From positions 1,500,001 to 1,532,000 of the forward strand of contig NC_009073.1 of assembly GCF_000015805.1 (NCBI RefSeq): a stretch of DNA of 32,000 nucleotides, written 5' to 3'. Made by a program: the position numbers and the translations under genes. Below the pieces are notes generated by a model that did not search any database, had not been told where the DNA came from, and saw nothing but the letters and a program-made list of their open reading frames with translations. Position 1 is the stretch's first letter; each line of letters opens with the position of its first letter. The DNA comes from Pyrobaculum calidifontis JCM 11548 (GTDB lineage Archaea; Thermoproteota; Thermoprotei; Thermoproteales; Thermoproteaceae). Shown here piece after piece: positions 31,869 through 32,000 of this stretch.

Positions 31869-31886
31869 CTTGTCTAATGCCCCCAC

Positions 31887-32000
31887 GTGAAGAGGACGGT
31901 GGCGGCCGCTGTAGCTCTCCTAATCTTGTACGTATACTTAGCGCTCCACTCGCCCAATGTATTTAGCGTGCTGGTATACGATGAGTCTAAGCTTACGCCT
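31887..32000 (+). CDS. 5' part of a gene running off the right edge; N-terminal TM/signal segment
   Basis: GTG 31887 opens a stop-free frame to the window end, reading (M)KRTVAAAVALLILYVYLALHSPNVFSVLVYDESKLTP. A TATA box lies 23 nt upstream. Only 38 codons are visible. Confidence 0.35.
   Translation, partial: MKRTVAAAVALLILYVYLALHSPNVFSVLVYDESKLTP

Overview
This is a dense, GC-rich crenarchaeal chromosomal window with about 37 protein genes. Genes are tightly packed or overlapping, and most have an AT-rich TATA box 21-26 nt upstream of the start codon, which points to leaderless mRNAs. From memory, the actin-like protein at 21006-22313 matches crenactin of Pyrobaculum calidifontis, so I infer a Pyrobaculum/Thermoproteales origin; I cannot run a search to confirm this. 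Left to right the window holds: a nitrogen and amino-acid block (glnA 3' part, class-II amidotransferase, AsnRS-like asparagine synthetase, class-V aminotransferase); an exported Thr-stalk protein; a small orphan protein; a MobA-like protein; a starch/maltodextrin locus (membrane-anchored GH57 enzyme plus malEFG, no ATPase gene); a second copy of the small orphan protein, which is not in the ORF track; an FAD oxidoreductase; a nadM-rpoP-hypothetical operon, where rpoP is also not in the track; a candidate C/D box sRNA; agmatinase; a CDF transporter; GlyRS; the tRNA splicing endonuclease; Hsp20; and a nitroreductase. It then holds the crenactin/arcadin ('arcade') actin-cytoskeleton cluster with a Rad50-like coiled-coil ATPase; a TrmB-like regulator divergent from a large radical-SAM protein that fits tetraether lipid synthase; and a MacB/FtsX-type ABC transporter operon ending in a 600-aa doubly membrane-anchored extracellular coiled-coil protein. 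The strongest system-level lead is the actin/arcadin cluster, which as far as I recall is already described; an unlisted 56-codon ORF overlaps the start of the Rad50-like gene. The least explained system is the ABC plus coiled-coil operon at 28.1-31.9 kb. I saw no CRISPR array, IS element, tRNA or rRNA. All function calls rest on motif recognition by eye. No alignments, folds or statistics were computed.
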